Positions 15,544 to 25,668 of a DNA stretch of 25,668 nucleotides are shown piece by piece; the first letter of the stretch is position 1, and the number at the start of each line of letters is the position of its first letter. A program made the position numbers and the translations under genes. This stretch comes from Clostridia bacterium (GTDB lineage Bacteria; Bacillota; Clostridia; UBA1381): contig JAZUOB010000230.1 of assembly GCA_045604425.1 (NCBI GenBank), positions 1 to 25,668 on the forward strand, read 5' to 3'. Below the pieces are notes generated by a model. It made no database searches. It saw only the letters and a list, made by a program, of their open reading frames with translations, and was not told the DNA's origin.

Positions 15544-18500
15544 TTAGTTCTTTGAGTTGAAGATAACGATATCTGTGATTTCGTCATCAAGAACCTTGAA
15601 GTATGCATAGTTTGCAAAATCAGCATTTTCGAATGTGTAAACAGCTGCTGCAACGTCTGAGCTGTTGTATACATCAATGTTGCTAACTGTAGGAGTTACA
15701 GCGATGCTGCCTGTTGAACCTACAGTGATTCTGTCTGAAAGTGTAAGGTCAGCTTCGTTCATGTCTACAACATATACCTTTACATCGTCAGCGAGGTCGA
15801 AGTCAACTGCTGCTGTCTCTAAAGCATACTTAGAAACATCATTGTCAGCTGTCTGTCCGCCAACATCAGTTGTCTTCTTTGTGAAGTATGTCATAGCGTT
15901 CTCTGTAACCTGAGGAACAAATGTTACATTTGAACCTCTCTTTTCAACGATAGCACCGAAACCAATTCTTGCATAACCGTTTGTATCACTTACCTTTGTT
16001 GTATCCCAAAGTGATGCACGGAAGAATGTGTCAGTTGTTAAACCGTCGAGCTTACTTGTACCATCACCAAAGTTTGTGAAGAGTGTATTACCTTCAGCGA
16101 ATGAAAGTACACCGTCTGCAAGGTCTGCGTTAGCTACTGTAAACTGATCTGTCAAAAGTGTTGTAGCAGCTGAATCGAGAGTTCCGTCTGAGTTGAAGCC
16201 GAGAGCTACAACAGCGCCTCTCTTATAGCCTGGGTTAGAAACCTGATCATCATCGTAGAAGTACTTAACGAGTTCGCCGTTGCTGTCTGCATCGTAAACT
16301 GAAAGTGTGTATCTAACTGATCCGTCTTCTTCGTATGTTTCTGAACCTACAGCGTCAACGATAGCAAAACGTGTGTTGAGGCTGATAGCTGAGTTACCAA
16401 CGAGTACAAGTACGAACTTGTAGTAGCCGTCGTCACCCTTGTCAGCAGCAACGATTGTGTACTGTTCGCCGTCAACGAATGTATCAAGTGAACCAGCAGC
16501 GATATCAGATGCTGAATACTGAGCTGTGTTGTTGATGTTTGAAGAACCTATGTCTGTAACGTCAACGATAGCTGTAGCTTCGTTCAATCTGTATGAACCA
16601 ACCTTGTTTGACTTAGCTGAGAATTCGCCTGCATCCTGTGTACCACCGATGAATTCGATGTTGTTGAGTTCACCCTTGCTGTTAACCTTGTATGTGATTA
16701 CACGGCTTGCAACAGGTGCGAGTGTTGTTGATGTAGCTGTGTTGATCTGTGTATTAGCTATGAAAGCTGAACCGCCTGTCAAGCCATATACAGTGTTGTA
16801 TACATCATGAGCTTCTGATGAAGTGTTGCCCTTGATAGATCCCAAAGCTTTGATTTCTACTGTTTCTCTTGTACCGTCAGCTTTGATAAGTCTTGCAACA
16901 TATGCATCACTTGTCTGGCTGTAAGATACTCTATCGATTACAGCGTAGTTCTTAGCTGTAGCCTGTTCGATATAATCGATAACTCTGCCTGCAGCGTCTA
17001 CATAAAGAGTATATTCATAACCAACTTCAAGTGGTGAAAGGAGCTGTTGAACTGTCAAGTCTGACGCAATTTTAGCAACGAGTTTATATTCTTCTCCGTT
17101 AACTGTGTAAGCTGTAACACCATCGTCGTCTCTTGAGCCTGTAACAGCACCTTCAACAACTGTGTCGCAGAGGTTAACGATAATAACGTCAGAATTTGTT
17201 GCTCTGTCGCTTGTATCATATGTTACGAGTGCGATATCGCCAACAGCGATGTCTTCAAAGTCGATTGCTTCACCATTCTTGTAGAATGAAACAACTTTAT
17301 CTTCATCTGTTGTGTCGATGATGATGTTTGCGCCTACAGCAGCAGTCTTAATTTGATCAACACCAGCAGTTCCTACAGCAAACTCACTTTCAAAATCTGA
17401 GAAGTAAATTCTCTGTGTATCGCCTGATACAAGTGTATCACTAACAATTGCCCACTTTGGAAGTGAGATCATGATAACATCATAAACGCCGTCAACGCTT
17501 GTGCTAGCAACGTCTGTTGAGTCGATAAGTGTAACTGTACCAACTTTGTTAACTGTGATGTAAGCTATGATCATGTTAGTTGTGATATCATTTGTAGCGT
17601 CTGATGCTTTACCATCAGCGATTTCGATACCGTTTACATACAACTTTGTCTTGTCAAGATCGATTTCATAACCGATTGTCTTTGAAGATGTAGCGCTCTT
17701 CTTGAAGTCAAGTTCTTTGCTAATTGCATCATATCCTACATAATCATCAGCAACAAGCTCTACAATGTCGTTCTTGCCGTAAGGAGCGATAGAAACGATT
17801 GTGTAGTCGCCTTCTTCGTCAACCTTGATAAGTGCTTCAGCATATGTGAAGAGAAGGTCATCAGCAGCTGTATCACCAACATAAGCTTCGATAGAAATCT
17901 TGTTGCTGTAGCCTGTGATTATACCATACTTCTTAGCGTCGATAAGGTATGTGCCTTCGAAGTTGTCTGAAAGCTCAACGTCGAAATCAACCATACCAGC
18001 TTTAGCTGAACCAGTAGCGAATGTACCTGTCACACGACCCTTAACTTTGTAAACGTCATGGTTCTCTGTGAGGAGAGTCTTGTATTCGCCCTTTGTGTTT
18101 GTACCATCCATAGCTTCTGTCTTAGCAACAGGTTCGCCTGTGATGTAGTTTGTTTCCCAACCTGTAACGAGTACAAGAGGAGTATCAACAGCATTGCTGA
18201 TGAGCTGTGCAACCTGTGCTCTTGTAACAGGTGTTTCAGCGCTCAAACCAGAAATACCAGCTGTGATGCCTGTTGAGTTACCAAGCTGGAGGTAACCGTT
18301 AGGATATCCGCCGTTGTACTCAGCAGCTGTTGTATAACCAAGAGCTGCAACGAGCATCTTAACGATCTGTGCATATGTAACGTTTGCATCCGGAGCAAAT
18401 GTGCCATCGCCCATACCGTTGATGAATGACTGAGCAACACCTACTGCGATGAAGCCTGATGCCCAGTGGCCAACAGGATCAACATCAGCAAATCCTGATC

Positions 18501-18774
18501 CGCCAACGCTGCTTTCAGCTGAAGCTGTGTAGCTTGGGCCCATAGCAGCAACAACCATCTTTGTTACTTCTGCTCTTGTGATTTCGTTGTCAGGCTTGAA
18601 AGTACCATCTTCATAACCATTAACGATTTCAAGAGCTACGAGTTCGTCAATTGCAGCCTTGTACTTAGATGATGCTTCAACGTCTGAAAAATCAGCAGCG
18701 AAAGCTGTGAAGCAGCTAAGTGACATAGCAAGTGCAGCAACTGATGAAATTACCTTTTTGAGATTAATGTTCAT
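15544..18774 (-). CDS. S-layer protein with N-terminal SLH domains
   Basis: Signal peptide ending AFA. SLH repeats FSDV...IVNGYEDGTFKPDNEITRAE and FADV...FINGMGDGTFAPDANVTYAQ. Acidic 1076-aa body. Visibly strong codon bias suggests high expression. Confidence 0.9.
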   Translation of the reverse strand: MNINLKKVISSVAALAMSLSCFTAFAADFSDVEASSKYKAAIDELVALEIVNGYEDGTFKPDNEITRAEVTKMVVAAMGPSYTASAESSVGGSGFADVDPVGHWASGFIAVGVAQSFINGMGDGTFAPDANVTYAQIVKMLVAALGYTTAAEYNGGYPNGYLQLGNSTGITAGISGLSAETPVTRAQVAQLISNAVDTPLVLVTGWETNYITGEPVAKTEAMDGTNTKGEYKTLLTENHDVYKVKGRVTGTFATGSAKAGMVDFDVELSDNFEGTYLIDAKKYGIITGYSNKISIEAYVGDTAADDLLFTYAEALIKVDEEGDYTIVSIAPYGKNDIVELVADDYVGYDAISKELDFKKSATSSKTIGYEIDLDKTKLYVNGIEIADGKASDATNDITTNMIIAYITVNKVGTVTLIDSTDVASTSVDGVYDVIMISLPKWAIVSDTLVSGDTQRIYFSDFESEFAVGTAGVDQIKTAAVGANIIIDTTDEDKVVSFYKNGEAIDFEDIAVGDIALVTYDTSDRATNSDVIIVNLCDTVVEGAVTGSRDDDGVTAYTVNGEEYKLVAKIASDLTVQQLLSPLEVGYEYTLYVDAAGRVIDYIEQATAKNYAVIDRVSYSQTSDAYVARLIKADGTRETVEIKALGSIKGNTSSEAHDVYNTVYGLTGGSAFIANTQINTATSTTLAPVASRVITYKVNSKGELNNIEFIGGTQDAGEFSAKSNKVGSYRLNEATAIVDVTDIGSSNINNTAQYSASDIAAGSLDTFVDGEQYTIVAADKGDDGYYKFVLVLVGNSAISLNTRFAIVDAVGSETYEEDGSVRYTLSVYDADSNGELVKYFYDDDQVSNPGYKRGAVVALGFNSDGTLDSAATTLLTDQFTVANADLADGVLSFAEGNTLFTNFGDGTSKLDGLTTDTFFRASLWDTTKVSDTNGYARIGFGAIVEKRGSNVTFVPQVTENAMTYFTKKTTDVGGQTADNDVSKYALETAAVDFDLADDVKVYVVDMNEADLTLSDRITVGSTGSIAVTPTVSNIDVYNSSDVAAAVYTFENADFANYAYFKVLDDEITDIVIFNSKN

Positions 18775-18864
18775 AGTCTCAATTCCTCCTTAATTTTTCT
18801 TGAAAGAGATTTACTGACATCCGGCAGGGCCTCTTTCATCACCCAGGTCCGGATACTCGCACTG

Positions 18865-18894
18865 ATTATACCATATGTCAATGACATAATTCAA
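18865..18894 (-). promoter_or_regulatory. Putative sigma-A promoter of the S-layer gene with a palindrome in its spacer
   Basis: On the minus strand: -35 TTGAAT (18889-18894), 18-bp spacer, extended -10 TGGTATAAT. TATGTCA-A-TGACATA inverted repeat at 18874-18888. Confidence 0.6.
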
Positions 18895-19234
18895 GTGCTT
18901 TTTACAGTTGTAAAAAAACTGTAAGATTGCCGAAAAAATCCTTTACCTGCAAAGGCTTCGGCAAATAATAACGTACAGATTTCTGTAACGCTTCTACCCA
19001 ATTACAAGAAACTGTATATATTCATTCTACTATAATAGGAAGACAATGTCAATTCATTCTGCCAATACAGTGAAAATATCACAAAGCCAAGGACATATGT
19101 AAAGACAATATTCGTCAACTTTTATTATAGAGGACGATATATAGACAGCTGTTTTACAACTATCACCATGTTAGACGTATATTTTTTTAGAAAGTTCCAC
19201 TTTTTTAAAAATTTTTTCATAAATTTTTTTAAGC

Positions 19235-19263
19235 AAAAAAACCGCATAGTTATGCGGTTTTTT
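19235..19263. terminator. Bidirectional terminator-like hairpin
   Basis: A7-CCGCATA-GT-TATGCGG-T6, about 160 bp downstream of yafQ. Confidence 0.7.
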
Positions 19264-19353
19264 GCAGTTTTTTTCAGATATTACAATTTTTTTGTAAAAA
19301 TTTGTAATATATTTGTAATATTTCTGGCAGATTAACAAGCTGTATTCATTGAC

Positions 19354-19385
19354 TAAGTTTGCAAAACACTCAATCTGCAAACTTA
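19354..19385. other. 10-bp stem hairpin downstream of yafQ
   Basis: TAAGTTTGCA (19354-19363) and TGCAAACTTA (19376-19385) with a 12-nt loop. Confidence 0.55.
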
Positions 19386-19425
19386 ACTTCAATTCAGCAT
19401 CTTAAAGCTTCACCGGTATATCTTG

Positions 19426-19698
19426 TTAAAACAAATCACTATGGGTTCCCGTTCTTGATAAATACAAAACCAGTTCATCTTCTATAACCTGATACACCAA
19501 CAGCCAATCCGGTGCAATATGACATTCTCTCAATCCTTTAAAATCCCCTGTCAGCTCATGGTCCTTGTATTTTAAGTCTAAAACAGCTCCGGATGCAAGT
19601 TTATTGACCACATCTTCAAGCAATTCAATCTCATACCCTCTTTTGATAGCCAATTTCAAGTCTTTTTTGAACCTATTGGATGAAACAATTTTAAGCAT
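19426..19698 (-). CDS. yafQ: Type II toxin, YafQ family mRNA interferase
   Basis: FKKDLK, YKDHELTGDFKGLRECHIAPDWLLVY and RTGTHSDLF. Overlaps the antitoxin by 8 nt. Confidence 0.93.
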   Translation of the reverse strand: MLKIVSSNRFKKDLKLAIKRGYEIELLEDVVNKLASGAVLDLKYKDHELTGDFKGLRECHIAPDWLLVYQVIEDELVLYLSRTGTHSDLF

Positions 19699-19972
19699 CT
19701 GCCTTTACCTCTTCCAACAACTCGGAAAAAGAAGAATATCTTTTATATCCGTTTGGATTTTTCTTAAACTCTTCCAATTCTTTTATAGCTTCTATTGTAT
19801 CGCTGCCCGGAACTTTTAAAGATATTTCAAAAGGTATTCTCTGTTCTCTGACAGCCTGTTTTGCAGATAAAGTAAAAAATGTTGTCATACCCATACCAAG
19901 ATTGGAAACCAACTCCTGAAGCTGAGCTTTTAATTCCTCATCCATACGCATTGTTACATTTGCAGCAGCCAT
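19691..19972 (-). CDS. dinJ: Type II antitoxin, RelB/DinJ family; start revised to ATG 19972
   Basis: SD AAAGGAGG at 19981-19988. RHH-like NVTMRMDEELKAQ...LGMGMTT and REQRIPFEI. Confidence 0.88.
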   Translation of the reverse strand: MAAANVTMRMDEELKAQLQELVSNLGMGMTTFFTLSAKQAVREQRIPFEISLKVPGSDTIEAIKELEEFKKNPNGYKRYSSFSELLEEVKADA

Positions 19973-19994
19973 ATTATACGCCTCCTTTAATAAT

Positions 19995-20023
19995 ATATTA
20001 TCACATCGCACTTACATTGTCAA
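19995..20023 (-). promoter_or_regulatory. Sigma-A promoter of dinJ-yafQ
   Basis: -35 TTGACA (20018-20023), 17-bp spacer, extended -10 TGA-TAATAT (19995-20000). Confidence 0.7.
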
Positions 20024-20057
20024 TATATTATATGCGTATTGTAATTATATTATACAG

Positions 20058-21473
20058 TTAATTAACTTTTTCCAGCCTTATTGTATTGGTTTCACCAGAT
20101 TTGCCGTTGGTAGTTCCGCCTACTATTATAATATTATCACCCAAAGAAAGCTCAAGAAGCTTTGCAGTGGTCTTGGACGCTGTATAGAACATAACCTCAG
20201 GTGAAGGGTACTCTTCACAAAGCACCGGTATAACTCCCCAGGAAAGAGAAAGCTTGCGCCAAACCCTTCTCTGTGTAGTAAAACCTAATATATCCGCCAC
20301 CGGACGAAATCTTGACACAAGACGGGCTGTCTTTCCCGAAAGCGAGCAGGCTGCTATGGCTTTTGCATTCACATCTATTGCCATACTGCATGCCGCATGG
20401 GATATGGCATCGGATATACTTTGTATTTCAAACTCTGTTTTATTAAATCTTTTGTCGTAATGGATATTTCTCTCTGTTTCTTCGCATATATCCGACATTA
20501 TCTCCACAGTTTTTACAGGGTACTTTCCTGCTGCAGTTTCTCCCGAAAGCATTACCGCACTGGTGCCGTCATACACTGCATTTGCAACGTCCGAAATCTC
20601 TGCACGGGTAGGTCTTGGATTATATATCATGGACTCAAGCATTTCTGTGGCAGTTATAATACGTTTGCCAAGCATTCTGCAGACGGTGGTCAGCTTCTTT
20701 TGTACCGCCGGAAGCTCTTTAAAGGGAATCTCTACTCCAAGATCGCCTCTTGCTATCATCACACCCTCACAAATCTCGCATATGGAATAAATATTATCTA
20801 CACCGGCTCTGTTTTCAATCTTTGCGACAAGGCCGATATTTTCTCCGCCGTTCTTTTCAACAAAATCCCTGATGTCCTCTATATCTTGTCTTGAGGATAC
20901 AAAGGACGCGGCGATATAATCCACATCATTTTCTATACCGAAAAGAATATCCTTTTTGTCATAATCGCTGAGAAAAGTCTTTTTCAGGACTTTTCCCGGA
21001 AAGCTCATGCTTTTTCTGTTTGAAAGCTCCCCTCCGGATACAACCAGACACACAGCCTCCGTATCTTTAAGCTCTTTTACCTGAAAGCTTACAAGACCGT
21101 TGTTTACCAAAATGGTGTCTCCCACTGCCAGATCATTGATGAGACCTTTGTAATTGACGCCTACCATTTCATTGTTTCCCTGAACATCACAGGTTGTGAA
21201 TGTAAAGGTGTCACCGTCTTTTAATAAGATTTTGTCCTTTTCAAAAGTGCCTATTCTGTACTCAGGGCCTTTTGTGTCCAGCATTATGGCTATGGGCATA
21301 TTCAGTTTTTCTCTGACTTTTTTTATAAGCGCAATAGTTTCTCTGTAATGCTCGTGTGTGCCATGAGAAAAGTTGAGCCTTGCTACATTCATGCCCGCAA
21401 GACACATATTCGTAAGCGTTTCCTCATTATCGCACGCAGGGCCGATAGTGCATATGATTTTTGTCTTTCTCAT
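20058..21473 (-). CDS. pyk: Pyruvate kinase
   Basis: RKTKIICTIGP, RLNFSHG, MLDTKGPE, MIARGDLGVE, ATEMLESM..NPRPTRAEISDVANAVYDG and MLSGETAAGKYP. Confidence 0.98.
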   Translation of the reverse strand: MRKTKIICTIGPACDNEETLTNMCLAGMNVARLNFSHGTHEHYRETIALIKKVREKLNMPIAIMLDTKGPEYRIGTFEKDKILLKDGDTFTFTTCDVQGNNEMVGVNYKGLINDLAVGDTILVNNGLVSFQVKELKDTEAVCLVVSGGELSNRKSMSFPGKVLKKTFLSDYDKKDILFGIENDVDYIAASFVSSRQDIEDIRDFVEKNGGENIGLVAKIENRAGVDNIYSICEICEGVMIARGDLGVEIPFKELPAVQKKLTTVCRMLGKRIITATEMLESMIYNPRPTRAEISDVANAVYDGTSAVMLSGETAAGKYPVKTVEIMSDICEETERNIHYDKRFNKTEFEIQSISDAISHAACSMAIDVNAKAIAACSLSGKTARLVSRFRPVADILGFTTQRRVWRKLSLSWGVIPVLCEEYPSPEVMFYTASKTTAKLLELSLGDNIIIVGGTTNGKSGETNTIRLEKVN

Positions 21474-21492
21474 AAAAACCCTTCCTTTATTA

Positions 21493-22443
21493 TTATACTG
21501 TCAATACTGCTTTTTTAGAGGGCAGAACAAAATTAAATGCATTATGCACTATTTCAAGCTCCAAAACCTCCGAGTCCACAATCTCTCCGTCATTTGCCAC
21601 TTTAAACTTTGATGTGTTCGGCTCTATTACCACTTTTTTGCATTTTATGGATTGAACTATTTTGTCAATGCCCTTTAATTTCAAAAATGTACCTTTCATA
21701 TAAGACGGAAGAAGCGATATAAACTTCAGCCTTGATACATCCTTAATTATATTTATATTTATAAAACCGTCCTGAACAGAGGCGGTGGGATTGCTCATTA
21801 TACCGCCGCCGCAAAAACAACCGTTGGCAACGGAAGTCAGAAGCAATGGGCCTGTATGCACAATCTTACCGTCTGTTTTTATTCTGAGATTTGCTCCTTT
21901 TTTCGTTATTAGCATAATAAGAATTGATATGAAATAAGCAAAAGGACCTGATATAAACGGCTTTGTCTTCATCACAGATGTCATATCAGCCACATTACAG
22001 TCAAAGCCTATATTCATCATATTTACACAGTAGCCGTCTTTTTCTTCCCCCTGAAAAGATGTTTTGTATCTTATGGCATCACACAGAACTGTACTTCCTG
22101 TCAGTTGGGCCTCTATATCATAAAAACTCTGTCTGTCAGGGAAATTTCTGCAAAAATCGTTTCCTGTACCAAGAGGAATTACTCCCACCTGTGCACACGA
22201 AAATCCTTTTGTTCCGTTTAGTACCTCGTTCAAGGTACCGTCGCCTCCAACAGCTATAAAGCGCGCTCGGCCTTTGGTTTTTATGTAGTCTGAAACATAG
22301 ATTGTGGCGTCGCCTGAAAACTTAGTCACATAAACTTCTATAGGGCAGCCCACCGAGTCTGCAGCTTGCTTTATCAGGACTTTCAGCTTGTTGATATCCT
22401 TGCTTTTGCCGGCTTTTGGATTTATTATAAAAACCGTTTTCAT
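21493..22443 (-). CDS. Diacylglycerol/lipid kinase family protein (YegS/BmrU-like)
   Basis: FIINPKAG, VGGDGTLNEVLNG, IPLGTGNDF, NIGFD, ANGCFCGGG and NDGE motifs. Confidence 0.92.
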   Translation of the reverse strand: MKTVFIINPKAGKSKDINKLKVLIKQAADSVGCPIEVYVTKFSGDATIYVSDYIKTKGRARFIAVGGDGTLNEVLNGTKGFSCAQVGVIPLGTGNDFCRNFPDRQSFYDIEAQLTGSTVLCDAIRYKTSFQGEEKDGYCVNMMNIGFDCNVADMTSVMKTKPFISGPFAYFISILIMLITKKGANLRIKTDGKIVHTGPLLLTSVANGCFCGGGIMSNPTASVQDGFININIIKDVSRLKFISLLPSYMKGTFLKLKGIDKIVQSIKCKKVVIEPNTSKFKVANDGEIVDSEVLELEIVHNAFNFVLPSKKAVLTV

Positions 22444-22621
22444 ATCAATACCTTCTTTGTATATGTTCTTCCATCATAAAGAGGGGAGCTATCTCCAACA
22501 TTTTTGCAGCAGTGTTTTCAAGCATAGCTTTTTGTCTGTCTTGCCAGGACTGTGGCAATAAATGCCTATGTAATAATCCTGAATTATTTATTCTCCTTTT
22601 TATTAAACACAGATAATGAAT

Positions 22622-24294
<1,673 letters not shown>

Positions 24295-24305
24295 TTATTA
24301 CCTCC

Positions 24306-25109
24306 TTAGGCATCGCTGCCTGCTACTATTTCAGTAATTTCCTGAGTGATTGCTCCTTGTCTTGCACGATTGTACCTGATACTCAAATCATCCAGCATTG
24401 CCTGTGCATTCTTTCCTGCAGAGTCCATGGCAAAGCGGCGGGCTGCCACTTCTGATGCAAAACTTTCTCTTATACATGATACAATCACACTGGATACATA
24501 TTCTTCTATGACAGAGGAAAGCACAGTCTGCTCATCAGGCTCAAAAATCACACTGGATTTTCTGCGGTTTTTCTCTCTTTCTAAAGGAAGAATCCATTTT
24601 ATATCCGTCTGTTGCAACATTATGGACACAAATCTGGTGTACACAATGCCTACTTTATCAAAATCTCCTTGCAAAAATCCTGACAGCACTTCTTTTGCTA
24701 TTGAAAGACCCATACCTGAGGTAAAGCCTTCGGCTTCTATTCGCTCCTTCTGGAATTTGTCCGATGCACGCTTGCCTACAGCTATCACAGATACCGGAGT
24801 ATACTGCTTCAAAAATCTGAATACATTTGCGTTATATCCTCCCGCAAGGCCTCTGTCACCTGCAACTACTATAAGACAAAGCTTATCCGTATCCCTTTTT
24901 TGAAGATAAGGACTTTTATCGGCTTCAGGGCAGGCTATAAGGTCCTGAACGCTTTTATAAAAAGCATCGGTGTACTGTGCTGATTTTTGCATCATGTCTG
25001 TAGCTTTTCTGATTTTTGATGAAGCTACAAGACCCATGGCTTTTGTAAGATGCAAGGTAGAGTCCACGCTCCTGATACGATTTCTCAGCTTTTTTATATC
25101 TGCACCCAT
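24306..25109 (-). CDS. atpG: F1 ATP synthase gamma subunit
   Basis: LTKAMGLVASSK, DRGLAGGYN, ASEVAARRFAM and YNRARQGAITQEITEIV. Confidence 0.97.
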   Translation of the reverse strand: MGADIKKLRNRIRSVDSTLHLTKAMGLVASSKIRKATDMMQKSAQYTDAFYKSVQDLIACPEADKSPYLQKRDTDKLCLIVVAGDRGLAGGYNANVFRFLKQYTPVSVIAVGKRASDKFQKERIEAEGFTSGMGLSIAKEVLSGFLQGDFDKVGIVYTRFVSIMLQQTDIKWILPLEREKNRRKSSVIFEPDEQTVLSSVIEEYVSSVIVSCIRESFASEVAARRFAMDSAGKNAQAMLDDLSIRYNRARQGAITQEITEIVAGSDA

Positions 25110-25114
25110 TTATA

Positions 25115-25668
25115 TCACCTCTCGATGCTTGAAAGGGCATCTCTCAGCATTTCAAAATCAGAGTCCTCGGCATATCCGCTTTCAAATCTATCAAGAAGCT
25201 GCGGAAAATCATGTTCAAGCTTTTCATACAACTCCAGTTCGTAAGCCTTGATTTTAGATGTGGGGATGTCACCGAGATATCCGTTTATTACTGCATATAT
25301 AACTGCTACCTGACAGCCTACACGTACAGGCGCATTTCTGTCCTGCTTCAAAACCTCAACTATTCTCTCACCAAGTGCAAGTCTTGCTTTGGTGTCTGGG
25401 TCAAGGTCGCTTCCAAACTGGGCAAAAGACTGAAGTTCTCTGTACTGTGAGTACAAAAGCTTAAGCTGACCGGATACCTTTTTCATAGCAGGAAGCTGTG
25501 CTGCTCCGCCTACTCGGCTTACTGATATACCGGGATTTATAGCTGGCATAATACCTGCGTGAAAAAGCTCTGTCTCAAGAAATATCTGTCCGTCAGTAAT
25601 GGATATAACATTAGTAGGGATATAGGCAGACACGTCTCCTGCCTGGGTTTCGATGATGGGCAGCGCGG
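25115..25668 (-). CDS. atpA: F1 ATP synthase alpha subunit, 3' part (gene starts beyond the window)
   Basis: [41 protein letters not shown] and [16 protein letters not shown]. The frame is open to the window edge. Confidence 0.97.
   Translation of the reverse strand, partial: ALPIIETQAGDVSAYIPTNVISITDGQIFLETELFHAGIMPAINPGISVSRVGGAAQLPAMKKVSGQLKLLYSQYRELQSFAQFGSDLDPDTKARLALGERIVEVLKQDRNAPVRVGCQVAVIYAVINGYLGDIPTSKIKAYELELYEKLEHDFPQLLDRFESGYAEDSDFEMLRDALSSIER

Noticed and set aside
22444-22605. Strong SD-like AAGGAG on the minus strand after atpC with a short open frame
   Set aside because: No canonical start codon at a suitable distance and no recognisable product.
25630-25668. GC-richer codons in the last ~35 nt of atpA, a possible chimeric contig end
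   Set aside because: Too short to judge and the amino acids are fully conserved; it would need read mapping.

Overview
AT-rich Clostridia-like chromosomal fragment (taxonomy inferred from protein types). It is probably a contig end from a DNBSEQ/MGI assembly, because bases 1-17 match the MGI adapter. Housekeeping and envelope genes lie on the minus strand: a partial sugar ABC ATPase, RNase HI, a membrane protein, an NlpC/P60 hydrolase, an SLH S-layer protein, DinJ-YafQ, pyruvate kinase, a lipid kinase and atpA(partial)-atpG-atpD-atpC. Between them sits one compact ~10.9 kb plus-strand operon (4640-15484) of 13 apparently intact podovirus-type virion and lysis genes. In order these are: N4-gp56-like capsid, large terminase, small virion protein, tail nozzle, two fibre-like proteins plus a putative chaperone, M15 endolysin, holin, adaptor, an unannotated 46-aa ORF, portal and a putative ejection protein. 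I see no integrase, repressor, replication genes, att repeats, small terminase or scaffold. The gene order is scrambled relative to phages. The operon starts at an extended -10 promoter followed by a perfect 18-bp palindrome, and ends at a bidirectional terminator shared with the S-layer gene. The best hypothesis is a host-domesticated, gene-transfer-agent-like podoviral particle system. A cryptic prophage remnant is the main alternative. All protein assignments come from motif recognition by eye, not database searches.
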